This document shows, in pieces, positions 13,153 through 25,985 of a stretch of 64,000 nt of DNA. Origin of the DNA: the human T2T-CHM13v2.0 reference genome, Homo sapiens; the NCBI RefSeq assembly GCF_009914755.1, contig NC_060926.1; one strand, written 5' to 3'. The position numbers and the translations under genes are program-made. A model generated the notes under the pieces. It saw only the letters and a program-made list of their open reading frames with translations. It had not been told where the DNA came from and did not search any database. The stretch's first letter is position 1, and each line of letters opens with the position of its first letter.

Positions 13153-14862
13153 TTAAGAATGGAGTTAAAAATGTAATACAGTATGGTAGATTAGGCAGTG
13201 AGGTATCCGACTAATCAGCAGATTTGCTGTCTCCCCTCATTTTATACCAGGTATAAAAAATTAAGGCCAGTCCAGTAGCTCTGCACTTAATAGAATATAA
13301 AAATGTTGTTTTAAAAACTCTTGCTTTGTATAACACAAAAGCAAGCAATATAAAACAAATATTTTTCCGAAGCACAAAAACAATCTTACCTGAACTTAAT
13401 TACGGCACTTATTTGTTGCTTTAATCGGGTTACCTAGAACATTTAGCCTTTTAAGATTTTGCCATAGAGAAAATTTTATCCCATATTCTTCCATGTGAAC
13501 TGTTAGGTGTCTTCTATCATTTCTTGCATATTCTTGCACACAAACACAATCATGCATACATGTAACTTCTGATTCTTACAATTGGAGTAACACTATCAAC
13601 CAGAATACCTAAAGTTCAATGACCCTAGACTGTTTCCCTTACAGAATAATTTTGGCACATAACAACCACCTAATAAATAAAATATCTGAAAAATGTTCAT
13701 ATTAGCCTAAATTTCTACCATTTTGTTGCACTTTCTTCAATTCATACTCAAAAAAATTAATAACTTTTGAATGAGTATGTATTTTTCTAAACAATCAACT
13801 CATTCTCTTAATCACTTATTAATTATCCATTTGTACTATGGCAAAAGAAAATCTCACAGCTTCTAGGCAAAGTGAATAATAATATTCTTGAAATAATAGT
13901 GTTATATTTTGGTATGCACAAGTTAAACAACTGTCACAATCTTAAGTAATACAAGTTATGCACTTACTCGGTATGAAGTATGTTTAAATGTGGCATAATT
14001 TTGATTGATTAAATAATTCTGCTCTAATAATTTAGTAGTACTGGTATTAAATGTGAAAATAAATAAGGGAACTATTTAAAGACTAATTCTCTATGTGGAA
14101 AGATTTCTCAAACAGCACATCTTATGGAATAATAACAAGATTCCAGTATTATACAAAAGTTTGAAAGAAATTTATTCATTTTTTTCTTTACTATAATCAG
14201 AGGGAAATCATGATGAAAACACAATGCTTCCTATGCAGGTTTTAACTGGATCATATTACAGTATTTTTAGATTCCTAATTTCAATCGTTCAATTGTTCTC
14301 TACACATTTCATTTCCAAAATTCTTTCTCCTATCATTATTTCTATATAAGTAGCAATTTAGTAAAAAAACTCCATTCTTCAGTAAGAAAACTATCTTTGA
14401 AAGAAATAAAAGTGAAAATGTTGATGAAGGAATCTATAAATTCTGAACAATTTGCATTCACCATTATTTCATCAACTCTATAGCAATCATGTCCAAAATA
14501 AATAACACAATCAGTATTCCTTTCTTCACCCAAAATATCCCAATTTTATTTCACATGTCTGGTTAACTATAAAGCTATGTCTAACTTAAAACTAGAAATT
14601 TAATATCCACTTCAAATATAAGAAACAAATGATTTCAATATTCTGACAACATTCATCTTGCTTTTTGTTATATTCTAAGGACATATCTCTAAACTGCTTA
14701 ATTTTTCAATGTCAATAATTATTACCACTTATTGTACTCAAAGTACATATAAAACCACTACAGGTTTGGATGCAAAATATATAGATTATTTTAATTTATA
14801 GTAAATTAAAAGTGTAAACTCCTTTATCCTACAGTTAGGTACTAATTATTTACTAATTAGCT

Positions 14863-14865
<3 letters not shown>

Positions 14866-14897
<32 letters not shown>

Positions 14898-14949
14898 AGA
14901 TGGAGTTTCGCTGTTGTTGCCCAGGGTAGAGAGCAATGGTGCGATCTCA
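14866..14949 (-). mobile_element. Severely 5'-truncated Alu (last ~53 bp, AluSp/Sq-like) with T31 tail
   Basis: T31 (14866-14896) then gagatggagtttcgctgttgttgcccaggg...gcaatggtgcgatctc; possible decayed TSD taattagctc/taagcagctc. Confidence 0.88.
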
Positions 14950-14978
14950 ATAAGCAGCTCATTTTGATTACAGGTATA

Positions 14979-15009
14979 CATGAAGTAAAATTCATGAAGT
15001 AAAATTCAT
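14979..15009. repeat. Perfect 14-bp tandem duplication (catgaagtaaaatt)x2
   Basis: Seen directly. Confidence 0.9.
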
Positions 15010-15720
15010 TATACCAAAAAGCCTCCCACAGAACTTTCATGCACCCTGAGCTATGTGAACTGAAAAGTAACAGTGGGATAGCAAGAACCAGCTTACAAAA
15101 TAAATTCCTATCGAGTGTTTTTCACAGAAGGATGATAATTTTAGGTTGCTTACATCATATATTTCCAATCTTAATGAGAAAAACCTACTCTGATGATCTG
15201 ATGTTATTGAAGTATTCTGAGAAAGAATTGCTGATGGGATTTAGTGAGCTACTGAATAAGAGAAATCAAAACTGTATAAATTAGATATATTTTCTAAAAA
15301 TAAGGTGATTGTGCAGAAAACTAAAGATTCATGGAAATAGATATAACAGCTTGGATATTACTAAGCTCTAATGATAGTTATCTCATTATTGCAAGGATTT
15401 GATGATATGGTCCACTGTTCACCTGAAACCACCAAACACAGCATGTTTCATATCTCAGTTTTCAGTCACAGAGCATTTCCAGAGTTTACTCCTGTTCAGC
15501 TGAGATACAGTATTATGGTATCCTTCACACTAAACTTACAAAATCTATAAAGAAAAGCAAGGGCATCACAGGGCATCATTGCTTATAAAACAAATAAATC
15601 ACTGATATTTAAATGCCTTAGAGTGTTCCTCAATGTAACAAATATGACAGTAACCCTACATATACAATTGCCTTATATTGATAATGAAAGCATATTTGCC
15701 ATTTTGGATATATTCCTTAC

Positions 15721-15907
15721 CTGTCAAGTTCTTTAATCCAAGTTCTTGAAGTCCAAAGTTTCCATCTTTTCTGTAGTTTAAAAATATTGCCAAGGCATAT
15801 CGATCCTCATAAAGTTTTGTCCCACGAATAATGCGTAAATTCTCCAGAGGCAGGTAACGAAACTGATTAAGAGCCACTAACACGTAGCCTGTGACTTCTC
15901 GAACAGA
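15721..15907 (-). CDS. ERBB4: ERBB4 internal coding exon (exon 3, 187 nt), part of extracellular receptor L domain I
   Basis: Minus-strand translation [62 protein letters not shown] is recognised as ERBB4 (EGFR-family L domain). Acceptor tgtttgtgtcttttcag|TCT (phase 0) and donor ACAG|gtaagg (phase 1) are seen directly. Exon number is from recalled gene structure. Confidence 0.97.
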
Positions 15908-16445
15908 CTGAAAAGACACAAACAGTTGCCTGTGTTATAAAACGAATTTGTCACTCTGTATATGTAGCAATTTAGATTAAAATGAGTTATTAAACTCTAA
16001 TTTTCAGTTTTTAGTTTAATACATTATTTTCCATATCATATTCTAAAGAATTGGCTTCATAATAAAAGATCACAAAGGGTTAGAATCTCATTTGAAGTAT
16101 AAGTTGTGTTTCTTTTAAACAGTTATGAATGTGCTTATACTAAAATGATGGATTTTGTTTATGGGACCTTCTTCATACCTGAGATTTGAATATAGTTAAA
16201 GGAATAAAGGTCTTGCTTATCAACAGACTACAATAAGTTAAGGACACACAACCATCAGTCAAACTTTAAATAAAAAAGCATATTGGTGAGCCTAAGTAAA
16301 ACAAAGCCATGTTAGTTTGTAAATTGTAGGATAGGTTTAAAATGGCTCTATTGGTGTTTGGTGCTATATTTATCAAATAACAATTGCCCTGTACATCTCT
16401 AGGGAACACAAACATAAAAAACATGTATTAAAAACTAATTGTTGT

Positions 16446-16773
<328 letters not shown>

Positions 16774-17074
16774 TCATTCCAACCACATTTTTAATTTTTA
16801 CTGCCCACTGTTTAAATTTAGTTGTCTATAATAAGTTAATTATTTGAGGGTTTGTGAGACATTTTAAAGCAAAACAGTGTCATGAAGAAAGTCTGAGTTT
16901 CATCTAAATATTTTTTCAATAAAATGATGATAAATAGTTGTCAGAATTTAAAAAAAACTAAAAATGATAAAAAAAATACTCAAGTATTTGGTATTATTTT
17001 AATACCAATTTCATGTTATTCTAACTAACCCTTTTCATTTCAGATGCTCCAAGGCTGTTTTTGGTACTTCCCCC

Positions 17075-18270
17075 CACCCTGTCTATTCTCACTCCCTTGG
17101 TGATCTTATTCAGTTTCAAAGTTGGTGATCTCCAAACATTTATCTCTATACTTTCCCCAAACTCCAGATTTATACCCAACTGTTTACTCAACATCCTTAC
17201 TTGGATGTCTAGTATGCTTTTCAGATACACCTATCAATGGCTGAACTCTTTTCTTCCTCCACCCCTCTGGCAGCCTTCCTCATCTCAGTTCAGGTTATTC
17301 CATCTTTTCTGACTTTCAGGCCAAAATTTCAGTCATCTTTGACTCTCCTCTGACACCCCAAGTGTGATCCATACTATTTGTTCTACGTTCAGAATGATCA
17401 GAAACTCAACTACCTCTTACGTCATCCATGGCTCCCACCTGAGCCATCATCATTCCTCATCTAGGTTATTGCAATAGGTCTCCTTGAGTCTATTCCTGAT
17501 CCCTATGGTGTATTCTCAATTCAGGCTAGCCAAGATATTTTAAAGACATAAATCAAATTACAACACTTCAGTGCTTAAAACTCTGAAACATCTCCTAAGT
17601 CACTCAGAGTAACAGACAAAATACTTTTACTGATGTATCAAAATCTTTATGCCATTCAGTGCAATAACCACTAGTCATATGTGACCTGAGCAACTGAAGT
17701 GTAGCTGGCATAAATTTAGATGTGCTGTAAGTACAAAATACACTCTGGATTTTGAAGATTATATGATGAAATGATAACATTTGAGATAAATTAAGTTAAA
17801 TAAAATGTATTATTAAAGTTAATATCAGTTGTTTCTTTTTATCTTCTTATTGTGGCAAAACATTTTCAATTACATTTTATGGCTCTTATTATAATTCTGT
17901 TGGAACTGCAGTGTATGATCTAGTCATCAGTTCTCTTTCACATGAAAAGTATAGTTCTACCTTAAATTGTGCATTATACCCTTAAAAACCTGAGTTTCCT
18001 TTCATCTTGTTATCTTCTTGGCAAACTCCCTCACTACCTTCAAGTTTTTGCTCAAATATCACCTTCTCAGTTGAGGCCAACCCTGATAAACCTGTTGAAC
18101 ACTGTAGCCCCTACACTTTTACCTGCTTCAATTCTCATATTTTCCCATTACTTCTTACCTTCTACTACACTATATCATTCATACATTTATCAGATTTAGT
18201 ATTCGTAACCTGTCTCTTTTTCCCAGAATATAGCCCTATAAGTTCAAGCACTTTGGTTTGTTAACTTGTG
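17075..18270 (+). mobile_element. L2 LINE 3' region, interrupted by MER33
   Basis: ccaactgtttactcaacatccttacttggatgtcta; gctcaaatatcaccttctcagttgaggcc. Confidence 0.7.
17655..17910. mobile_element. MER33-like hAT-Charlie element
   Basis: aaccactagtcatatgtg...agatgtgctgtaagtacaaaatacactctggattttgaaga. Confidence 0.7.
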
Positions 18271-20879
18271 TGTCTCATGTGACCAGGAGAGTGGCAGTAA
18301 GAAACCAACAAGTATCACTCCGGCCCTTCTCTGGCCACACCCTTCACCACTGTACAATGCCTGTGGAGTGAAGAAAAAGGCCCATTTAGATTCTGCACTC
18401 TCCCCTTCCAGACCCTGTGATCCCAGAATTCCCTTTGCAAATAACCCCAAGTCTTTACCCAGAAACTGTAATGTCATCTTCCCCAGTTCCATCCCCAGAG
18501 AGCAGATTGTGCCACCAATGTGCATACATTTAGGAAGGAATAGGTGGTCCAGGTGTCAATGTCTGATGGGAAACTGTACAGATCCTGGACATGTAGGCTA
18601 GAGTGTTCAAAAACTTGCATGTAAGACCTCTCACAATACAGGATAGAAGTGGGTGGAAGAGAGGCTATAGACTGGAGCCACTTCTCTCCATGCCAACATA
18701 TTCCTGAGGACTCCAAAAGTTCTAACATTGTACCTGGCCATCCAGGTTGTTATAAAGATATATCTGTCAAAATGGGAAAATATAACATTTTATTTAGTAA
18801 TCTCTAGTTGGTTTATAATAAAAAATAAAATATGTGAGCCTCTATTCAGACTCTTTCCCCCCAGTCACACAATTCTTAGGAATAAGCATGCTACAAATAA
18901 TCAATAGAAGAGTAGAATCCTAATGGAGCAAAAGTGGAGAGGAATAGGAAAGGGATATATGGAATTACTCATATCTGGCATCAAATTGGGAACTCTAAGC
19001 CACTATGAGTATTCCTAAGACAGTGAGTGTCTTGGGGTGAAGGGATAAATGCCTAGGACAATAGAAAAGAGGGGTGAAACTCAGCAGTGATATGCATTGT
19101 TCGTACACAGCAATTTGTTTAAAATTGCACCGCGTGGAAAAGTCTAGCTCTAGGGCTCTGTAATTCCTCCTTCAAACACTGTTCTAATGGTTGAGCTGTT
19201 ACCTCTTTGAATGCCCTTATCTACCTCTTTGAGCTCTTAAAGAGAGATTATACATACATTCTGACATCATATGGTCTAAAAAGTAAAATTCATTCATTAT
19301 TAAAAAGTTTTCTTTAAACTTGAATACAATAATTATTTAGTGATTAGATCACAATGATAAATGTGGTGATGGAGGGTGTATTATGACTCTTTTGCCTACA
19401 ACATATGATAAGATCCATCATTCCAAAACAAACTTATCATTAGCTTCCATCCCACTCAGGAAGTGACTCTTCTTATCAAAAAGTGTAAAATGTCATTGGT
19501 TTATCTCAAGATGGAGAAACACATTTATAATGTCAACAGAGAAAACACAGATGAAGCATATTCAGGTAAAAGAAGAAGTTTATTTGTAAAAGAGTAACAT
19601 TAATAGTAATTTTTCAGTGTCACTTGGCATGGCATTTGGATCACATATTACCACAAGCTGCAAATAATCTGCAAATAATAAGTGCTCTAGAATGTGTGAT
19701 AGGTATGAACCAAGAAAAATGCTGAACACATAAAGAAGGACCAACTAATGCAGAAGAGGATGCTCCAAGTGCTCTTATTTACTAGAAAAAGTAAAATATA
19801 ACTAAGAAAATCTTTGTATTTGCATATTACTAAATATATTTATATTTGAATTAATTGTGTTGTAATATTTACATACTTCTCATTTCAGGGTGTGTATTAC
19901 ATTATTCTCAGACACATGTGTCTTGTCTTCATGGAAGGTCAGATTAAAAGCAATAGCTACTCCCTTGTAAAGATTCTAGAACTGGAGGGATTTGCTGTTA
20001 TAACTGAGGTTCTAGTGTCCAAAATAAGTCTCTGTCATTATTCATTCTGTTTATTACCCTCTGTTCTTGCAAAATAGTATGCAAAAACTAAGCATTAGCC
20101 TAACAAATATCCTTTTCTTATGTGAACTCTGGACATCATTCCATGTTAATGCTGAGAATGCATGTCTAAGCCATTTTGAACAAGGCCACCCATAAGTTGG
20201 TCCATAGTAAATTATTTTATGATAATGATAGTGAAGATCCTATTTATCTTAATTGTTACGTCCCTTTCTCTGACCCAGAAAAATAATGTAAATAATAGAA
20301 AAAAAATCATAGCAAATCTCTCAACCCAAGATGTGTTGCTCTAATCTTTTATATGTAGAGGGACACATGGAACTGAAGCATTTTAAAAAGAGTTACAGGA
20401 GATAAATATAAAATTCTTATATCTAAAAGAAACACATCATGCCTTATTTTGGTCTCTGTATTCTGGTATTCATAGTCACATTCTCTCAGGTATTCCTATA
20501 GTCTTTCTGTGAACAAATATCTTGAAACATCTCAAAAGGAAACTCCAGTGCAGATCATGAGCCATGTGTACTGACTACAAATAAAAACAATTACAGGAAA
20601 CAAGTTAATAATGGTAGGAGTGCTTAATGATGAAAAAGAGTAAATAACGTGGTTTGAGATGATATTGGCAGATCTGGATAAAAAGTGAAGAGATATCTAA
20701 AAGCGTAAATTATATGTTATAATGTCTGATAAGGCCACACAACCATGTCAGTTATCCATTGTTCCTCTCCTTTCAGCCATCAGAAAGAATCTCAGTAGCA
20801 CAACATTTTCCACTGTTTTAGAAAATTTTGAGAGAATAAAAACAACTTTTAAACATATGGACTTATCTATGGGAAAGTA

Positions 20880-21115
20880 TAACGGTAGGAAATGTGGGCT
20901 TGTCTGCCAGGCAAAGTTGGACTCCAAACCTAGCCTTTGTGCTTACTAGCTTTGTGGCTTTCATCAGGTTGCTTAACCTCATTTAGCCTCAGTTTCTTCA
21001 TCTTTAAGAAAGAGATACCAATATTTCTATTATAAAACCGTAATAGGGGTTAGAAGATATAAGAAACCTGTCTGGCAAATAGTAAGTATTTAACAGATGC
21101 TAAGTATTACAAATA
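20880..21115 (+). mobile_element. MIR
   Basis: gcttactagctttgtggc...gttgcttaacctcatttagcctcagtttcttcatct. Confidence 0.7.
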
Positions 21116-21539
21116 TTATCTCTGATAATAGCCAGGCAGATGAACTGCCTGCAGACAATCTGAGCAGAAAAAAAAAAATTATAATATCATTACATAAGAA
21201 CTGTTGCTTTTAATCTCTCTGTTATGTAACCTTTGGTACATTTATATCTTGCTTATGCAATTTGCAATTTATTCCTAAATTTCAGAAATGGTTCCTTATA
21301 CTTTATGTGTGTATATTATGGCCCTAAATATAGACTCTGGCGCTGAACATTTAATAATGGCTGTGGAATGGAATGGAATCGAAAAGTGGAAAGCAATGCT
21401 TAAGGTCTTTTTAGATATCGTTTTCCAAGGAAAATAATTTTATGAACTTGCCACTAATACAAAACATTGTTTGAACAAAACAATTATGAATTATGTCCAA
21501 GGACCACAGTAGTAAACAGAAATTATAACAATGCCCTAG

Positions 21540-21787
21540 GGGAGGGATAGCATTAGGAGAAATACCTAATGTAGGTGACGGGTTGATGGGTACAGCAAAC
21601 CACCATGGCACATGTATACCTATGTAACAAAACTGCACGTTCTGCATATGTACCCCAGAACTTAAAGTATAATTTAAAAAAGTAAATAAAACAAAATAAA
21701 ATCTAATTTCTGAGTTACTGGCGATGTCTTTGATATTAAATAAAGGTTTTTCTCCAAAAAAAAAAAAAAAAAAAAAAGAAGAAGAAG
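21540..21787 (+). mobile_element. 5'-truncated L1PA 3' end carrying a short 3' transduction
   Basis: ggggagggatagcattaggagaaatacctaatgtag...gaacttaaagtataat; decayed A tail; ~54 bp non-L1 segment with AATAAA; second poly(A); TSD aatgccctag (21530-21539 / 21788-21797). Confidence 0.88.
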
Positions 21788-23804
21788 AATGCCCTAGCAA
21801 AGACAAAATCCTGACTCTGGTTCTGGCTCAGTAACAGTTTAGTTCTAGGAAGTCATCCCATTTTGTCAACCAAAGAGTGAATATGCTCCTAAAGATATAT
21901 CTTCCTCCTCATGGTGTAAGCTTCCGCTCAGTAAAACTGATTGATTTCCATTGTCAATGTAGGTTTCTACAGTTGCTTTGTTCAAGTAGTAAATACAATC
22001 GGATATTATTAAAGCCTTGAATGCTTCAAAACTCTTCTAGCCCAAGGGACAATTTGTTTTGCTTATGACATTTGATGATAGAAATCAAAAGATAATGGAA
22101 AACAAAAAAATAATTTCCCATACCATATTAGCAATAAGTCCAGGAAAAAAATCATGATTTTTTAAAAATGACAACAAATTTTATAAGCATTTCTCCTGCA
22201 TAATATTCTAGAGACAATGTGAAATCTGCAGTTATAAACCTGGAATTTTCAATGGATGTCCCTCAATCAAAGATTAGATGGGACGGTATTGGCTCACTGG
22301 GTTATCCTTTTACCTCTAGATCATTTCAGAAAAATCAGTCTTCACTATTTTTACATTTATGCTTCATTCCACAACTCTTTTAATAGCTATTAATTTTTCT
22401 GTATTTGATATAAATCCCTAATTCTTTTCTTCTTAGTTGACTTTTTAAAAAATTTGATCCTTAATAGAAATGAAGACTAGTTCCTTAAATGTTTCTTCAT
22501 TTACCTTAAGATTAAAGTGATTACAGTAACACACAATTCCTAAATATTTAATAAGTGTTTAGAATGATTTTATGCACATTAAAAGCAATTACATGTTCCT
22601 AGCTAAGTATGTAAAACTCTTATTCCTAGATTTTTTCCTACTAAAATTATTCATCAAATCCATGTTTATTACTTATTTTTCTTTAAAATTAGCATCTCTT
22701 TGAAAATATACCTATCCATTTTTGTTAAAACCTTCTGTAATCAGTCAAAAAGATCCAAATTCTTAACTTCTACTCCAGTGTCTTAAGAACTCATACACAA
22801 TTAGATATTATCCACAAAAATGCTAATACATTTCATCAGGTAAGAATCAACAAATATAATGCTGATTACTTAAGGTCAATAGACTAAGTCAAATAAACCT
22901 GTAGTATCACAGAGAAGAGTAGGGAACAGAGAACTATGGTGGTAAGAGGGGGGGTAATAGAAAGTCCCTTCTGCTGGTAATGACTGCAGAATTTATGTGT
23001 TCTCTGACGGTGACAAATGTAGTAGCAAATTGTAGCCTCTCCATCAGTAAAGCTTTCCATTAAATTTCCCTAGGCAATTAATTTCTGTCCCTGCCCTTCA
23101 CAGCATGTCTGAGAATATCTAAAGCAGAAAACATTCTTAACTATGACATAGCATGAAAAAGTTTACCAGAATAAAAGTACATTAATAACCACAGAGCAAA
23201 CATTACACATCCCTGCTGCTTGTAGAGATAGTATGTTTGCTTTGGAATTCTGCGTTCATTTTTCCCATTGTTTTTAAAACTCTAAGGATTGTGCCACCCT
23301 GGCAAGGAGGGACTCAAAGTCTCATTTAATTAGATTTGAAAAAAAAGTAAGTAATGTGAAATGTCATATACTGACTGGAGTAGAGTGGAATTCATACTAC
23401 TTACATACTGCGTGAAATAATACTCAAGAGGTAGGAAACCTGGTAAGATCATCCCAACAAACTGCTAACTTTCAGCCATTTCCAGCTAGTCTCTTGGGTG
23501 CTAGTGTTGCTATGAGTTCTACTTTCTAAGAATCTGCAGGCCATTTCACTCATCACTGGCCGCTTAGCCAGCTCTCAACCCATGACTTCTTAGCAGTGAA
23601 CACCTTTAGTTCCATTGAGAAGAGGACTCCTTAGCTCACCTCCCTAGAATTAACCATATTTTTTTTGTCCTTTATATTTTCCTGAGCTGGCTGGAGGGTT
23701 AATAGTCCCCCTTCAGATCTCTACATTCCCAATTGATTCTTCATCTCCTGACCTTATCAAGACTGTATTCCTGTATCATAGACTTATTACACTAGAGTTA
23801 GGTT

Positions 23805-24201
23805 TGTAAAATTAAATTAAATTGGCCCAAAGTTGTCTCTGTACCTTGAGTTTCTATACAGCAAACTGTGACCTAATTAGTATATAAACAAACTGCAAAC
23901 TAACTTAAGAGTATATTCTCATAACAAGTAGCTGAATCTCAGCCAATCATAGCAGCCAGGCCTCAGTCAATCACAGGCTACCAACTGATCACACTATGTC
24001 CAAATAAGACAAATGCCACGCTGTAACAATTTAAACTGTTTCTGCATAATACTTACTTGTCCATCTATAAATTCTGCCTGTTCACATTGCTGGGTAGGAA
24101 TCCCTGAACTACTCCTGATCTGAGTGCTGCCCAATTCATGAACATTCTTTTTTTAAATAAACTCTGCTAAATTTAATTTGTCTAAAGTTTTTCTTTTAAC
24201 A
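23805..24201 (+). mobile_element. MER57-family (ERV1) solo LTR
   Basis: TG...CA ends, 397 bp, 3' end aataaactctgctaaatttaatttgtctaaagtttttcttttaaca, CCAAT-type motifs, near-TSD ggtt/gatt. Confidence 0.8.
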
Positions 24202-24317
24202 GATTACACAAACTAAGTTGGAAGCTTTGGTAGATTCATTTACATAATAACACAAACTTTCAATTGTAAGTATACATATTTCAAAAAATTCATAAGTTGA
24301 AGATTCTATCATCTCTA

Positions 24318-24320
<3 letters not shown>

Positions 24321-24352
<32 letters not shown>
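24321..24352. repeat. (TG)16 microsatellite
   Basis: Seen directly. Confidence 0.97.
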
Positions 24353-24355
<3 letters not shown>

Positions 24356-24744
24356 TTGTTTTCTACATATTTATACAGGTAGGCTTATATTTTGAAGCTT
24401 GTATTTCAAATAGACATTTTAATAATCTTTAATAACTATTTAAAATATAATACTGAGTTCAATTTTTTTCCTATCAGATAAACACATTAAGCTCCAATGA
24501 TTTGGGGAATTGACTTTTAACTGAAATTAGATACAACGCATAAATGCAAAAATAGTAAGAATGTTTGGAAACCTTTGAATTAAACTTTGTTTAGATATAG
24601 ATAGAGCTGAAGTAAAAAGAAATTATTAGTTTTCGGCACTTTCGTACAACTGAAGCTACACCTGAATCAAAGCGTCGTAATGTTTATTAACATTGTCCAT
24701 ATGATGATGAGTATTCTCCACAGAGAGCCAAACTGGTTAGGACG

Positions 24745-24870
24745 ATGCAGCCTAGTGATTAAATTTGGGTTCTGTAGTCTCACAATCTTAGTTTGACTCC
24801 TGTCTCCATCACTTATTGACCTTGCGCAAATTATTCAATATTACGTTCCTCTTCTGCACAACAGGAAAAA
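24745..24870 (+). mobile_element. MIR fragment
   Basis: gcagcctagtgattaaa...ctccatcacttattgaccttgcgcaaattatt. Confidence 0.55.
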
Positions 24871-25077
24871 TTCCTGCTAAATGCTCAAAAGTTGAATCAA
24901 CAAAAGATAATCAATTTCATCATATTATAATTAGTGCAATTATGCCAAAATATTTGTAAATATTTTGTATAAGTTTAGGAATGGTAAACAATATATAAGC
25001 AAAAACATTTAATATTAAAATTAATTAAACAATTGGTACTACATAGCTCATAAAGATATAGCTTCAGTCAGATTATC

Positions 25078-25790
25078 TATTGTTGGCTAAATATGACCAC
25101 TCCCTAAAATAAATTTATTCATGTATATATTTGTTTGTTTATGAGACAGATTCTTGCTCTGTTGCCCAGGCTGGAGCGCAGTGGTGTGATCACAGCTCAC
25201 TGCAGTCTTGAACTCTGGGTTCAAGAGATCCTCCCACCTCAGATTCCTGTGTCTAGGACTACAGCTACACAACACCACACCAACCTAATTTTTTTTCCAG
25301 TAGAGATGGGGGTCTCATTATGTTGCTGTGGCTGGTTTTGAACTCCTCGCCTCAAGCAATACTCCTGCCTTTGCCTCCCAAAGTGCTAGGATGACAGATG
25401 TGAGCCACTGTGCCCAGCCAAACCCCCATAATGTATACGCTGAAGTCCTAACCCATACTACCTCAGAATGGGACTGTATTTGGAGATAGGGTTTTTAAAG
25501 AGGTAATTAGGCTAAATTGAGGTTATTAAGTCGGGCCCTAATCCAATATAACCAGTGTTTTTCAAAGAAGAAAAGATGAGGGCACAGACATGACAAGAAA
25601 AAAGACCATGAGAAAACACAGAGAGAAGTTGGTCATCTACAAGCCAAGGAGAGAGATCTCAGAAGAAACCAACGCTACAGAGCCCTTGATCTCATACTTC
25701 CAGCTCCAGAATTGTGAGAAAATAAATATCTGTTGTTTAAGCCACCCAGTCTGTGGTACTTTGTTATGGCATTCCTAGCAAACTAAAACA
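25078..25790 (+). mobile_element. MLT1B-like MaLR LTR interrupted near its 5' end by an AluJ
   Basis: tgaagtcctaacccatactacctcagaatgggactgtatttggagataggg...tttaagccacccagtctgtggtactttgttatggca...aaactaaaaca. Confidence 0.85.
25130..25419 (-). mobile_element. AluJ SINE
   Basis: gagacagattcttgctctgttgcccaggctgg...gatcacagctcactgcag...gtgagccactgtgcccagcc. Confidence 0.92.
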
Positions 25791-25985
25791 CTGCCTAAGT
25801 TCACATCCTAGCTTTTAGCAGTATTATGTTGGGTACATTATTTAACCTTTCTGTGCCTCAGGATCTTTATCTGTAAAATGGGGATGTTAAGGTCTCCAAA
25901 TCCTAGGATTATTTTGAGAAGTGTATCTCTATGACTTGCTTAACAGAAGGTCTGGCTCATAGCTATCACTCAGTATTAGTTTCTA
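25791..25985 (+). mobile_element. MIR (3' part; 5' part at about 25050-25077)
   Basis: atttaacctttctgtgcctcag...atctgtaaaatgggga. Confidence 0.7.

Noticed and set aside
15656-15919. 87-aa ORF as a stand-alone gene
   Set aside because: Only 15721-15907 is ERBB4-like; both ends read through splice sites into intron.
18244-18728. Cluster of overlapping 84-111 aa ORFs in a locally GC-richer patch
   Set aside because: No recognisable domain; most likely old repeat or chance ORFs.
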